Shown one piece after another: positions 63,258 through 64,000 of a stretch of 64,000 nucleotides of DNA. The notes below the pieces were generated by a model. That model saw only the letters and a list, made by a program, of their open reading frames with translations, made no database searches and was not told the DNA's origin. The first letter of the stretch is position 1. Each line of letters opens with the position of its first letter. Source of the stretch: Mizuhopecten yessoensis (lineage: Eukaryota); the NCBI RefSeq assembly GCF_002113885.1, contig NW_018480059.1, forward strand, positions 302,295 through 366,294, written 5' to 3'. Made by a program: the position numbers and the translations under genes.

Positions 63258-63839
63258 GTAAGTCCCAACAGAAATGTTTGAATCAAATCCTACATTTTCT
63301 GTCACCATTGTTCAATGGCTTGGTGACCACATTAAGACATGCACTGTTAGATGCTGAAATAACTGAAGAGGAATTTCTAAGTTGTTCATTTGTGTATATC
63401 ACTGCAAGGTATTCCTCACAACAACGTTAGAGGTTTATCACAGCGAGATACTTTTGACGAGGACTGTTGCAGTCGGCATAATCATATAAAATAAAAAATA
63501 GCTGATCAGCGTTCTCTTATGTTATAGTACATAGAATTCTATAATTGACTTTTTGATTTATAAACCACCATATTGACACAACCTTTCAACTAAGAAGCAT
63601 TATAGCTAAAATATACATGGTTTACAGTTTTACATTTTATATCGTGATGTTTGTATTGTTTATCCTACATGTATAGTGACACATTTACAGAAGTACAATT
63701 ATTGCAATTATGAGCAGAAAAACTTCAACGAAAGGTTTGAAGTGGCAAAAAGGCATTGCCTGCTGTATGTCCTTTCATTGGCTAGACCTTTTCTGATGCT
63801 CTTTTCACACTTGATAAAGTATATATTCCGTCTTTGCGA

Positions 63840-63997
63840 ATTGCAGAGTTATCTTCTCTTGTGAGCAGGTATTGATTGTTACGTCATTTGTTTGTGAGAG
63901 TAACGTCATCAATTTTTGAGAAAATGACGTAATTTTTTCACACAAACCAATGACGTTACAATCAATACCTGCTCACAAGAGAAGATAACTCTGCAAT
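63840..63997. mobile_element. Palindromic foldback MITE
   Basis: ATTGCAGAGTTATCTTCTCTTGTGAGCAGGTATTGATTG ... CAATCAATACCTGCTCACAAGAGAAGATAACTCTGCAAT. Confidence 0.75.
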
Positions 63998-64000
63998 ACG

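Overview
AT-rich, intron-rich animal genomic DNA. The repeat types suggest a bivalve mollusc (inference only). Host genes: (i) the 5' part of a secreted or membrane Ig-domain gene (lachesin/IgLON-like, minus strand, exons 8443 down to 3282); (ii) a disabled NEMP (nuclear envelope integral membrane protein) paralog, copy A, at 13.5-27.4 kb; (iii) aspartyl aminopeptidase DNPEP (minus strand, 31.3-44.7 kb); (iv) an intact 8-exon, about 450-aa NEMP, copy B, at 46.8-56.4 kb, head-to-head with DNPEP; (v) the first two exons of ELAC1 (RNase Z). The main accessory feature is an 8.2-kb Polinton/Maverick (adintovirus-like) endogenous element at 16682-24908. It has AG...CT termini, repeat-filled TIRs and a perfect 6-bp TSD (AGTGTA). 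It encodes pPolB, an adenain-like protease, a major capsid protein, a basic core-like protein, a truncated RVE integrase, and an unusual duplicated [BIR + CxGC-SQ-H-C family protein] cassette with a PC4-like ORF. It is internally deleted and frameshifted. A second striking pattern: three different exon-intron junctions (NEMP exon 3 donor, NEMP exon 5 acceptor, ELAC1 exon 1 donor) have been tandemly amplified into minisatellites made of exon sequence plus splice site. The Polinton is inserted in one of these arrays. The window also holds LINE and SINE fragments, Helentron/Pearl-like satellite-carrying MITEs and foldback MITEs.
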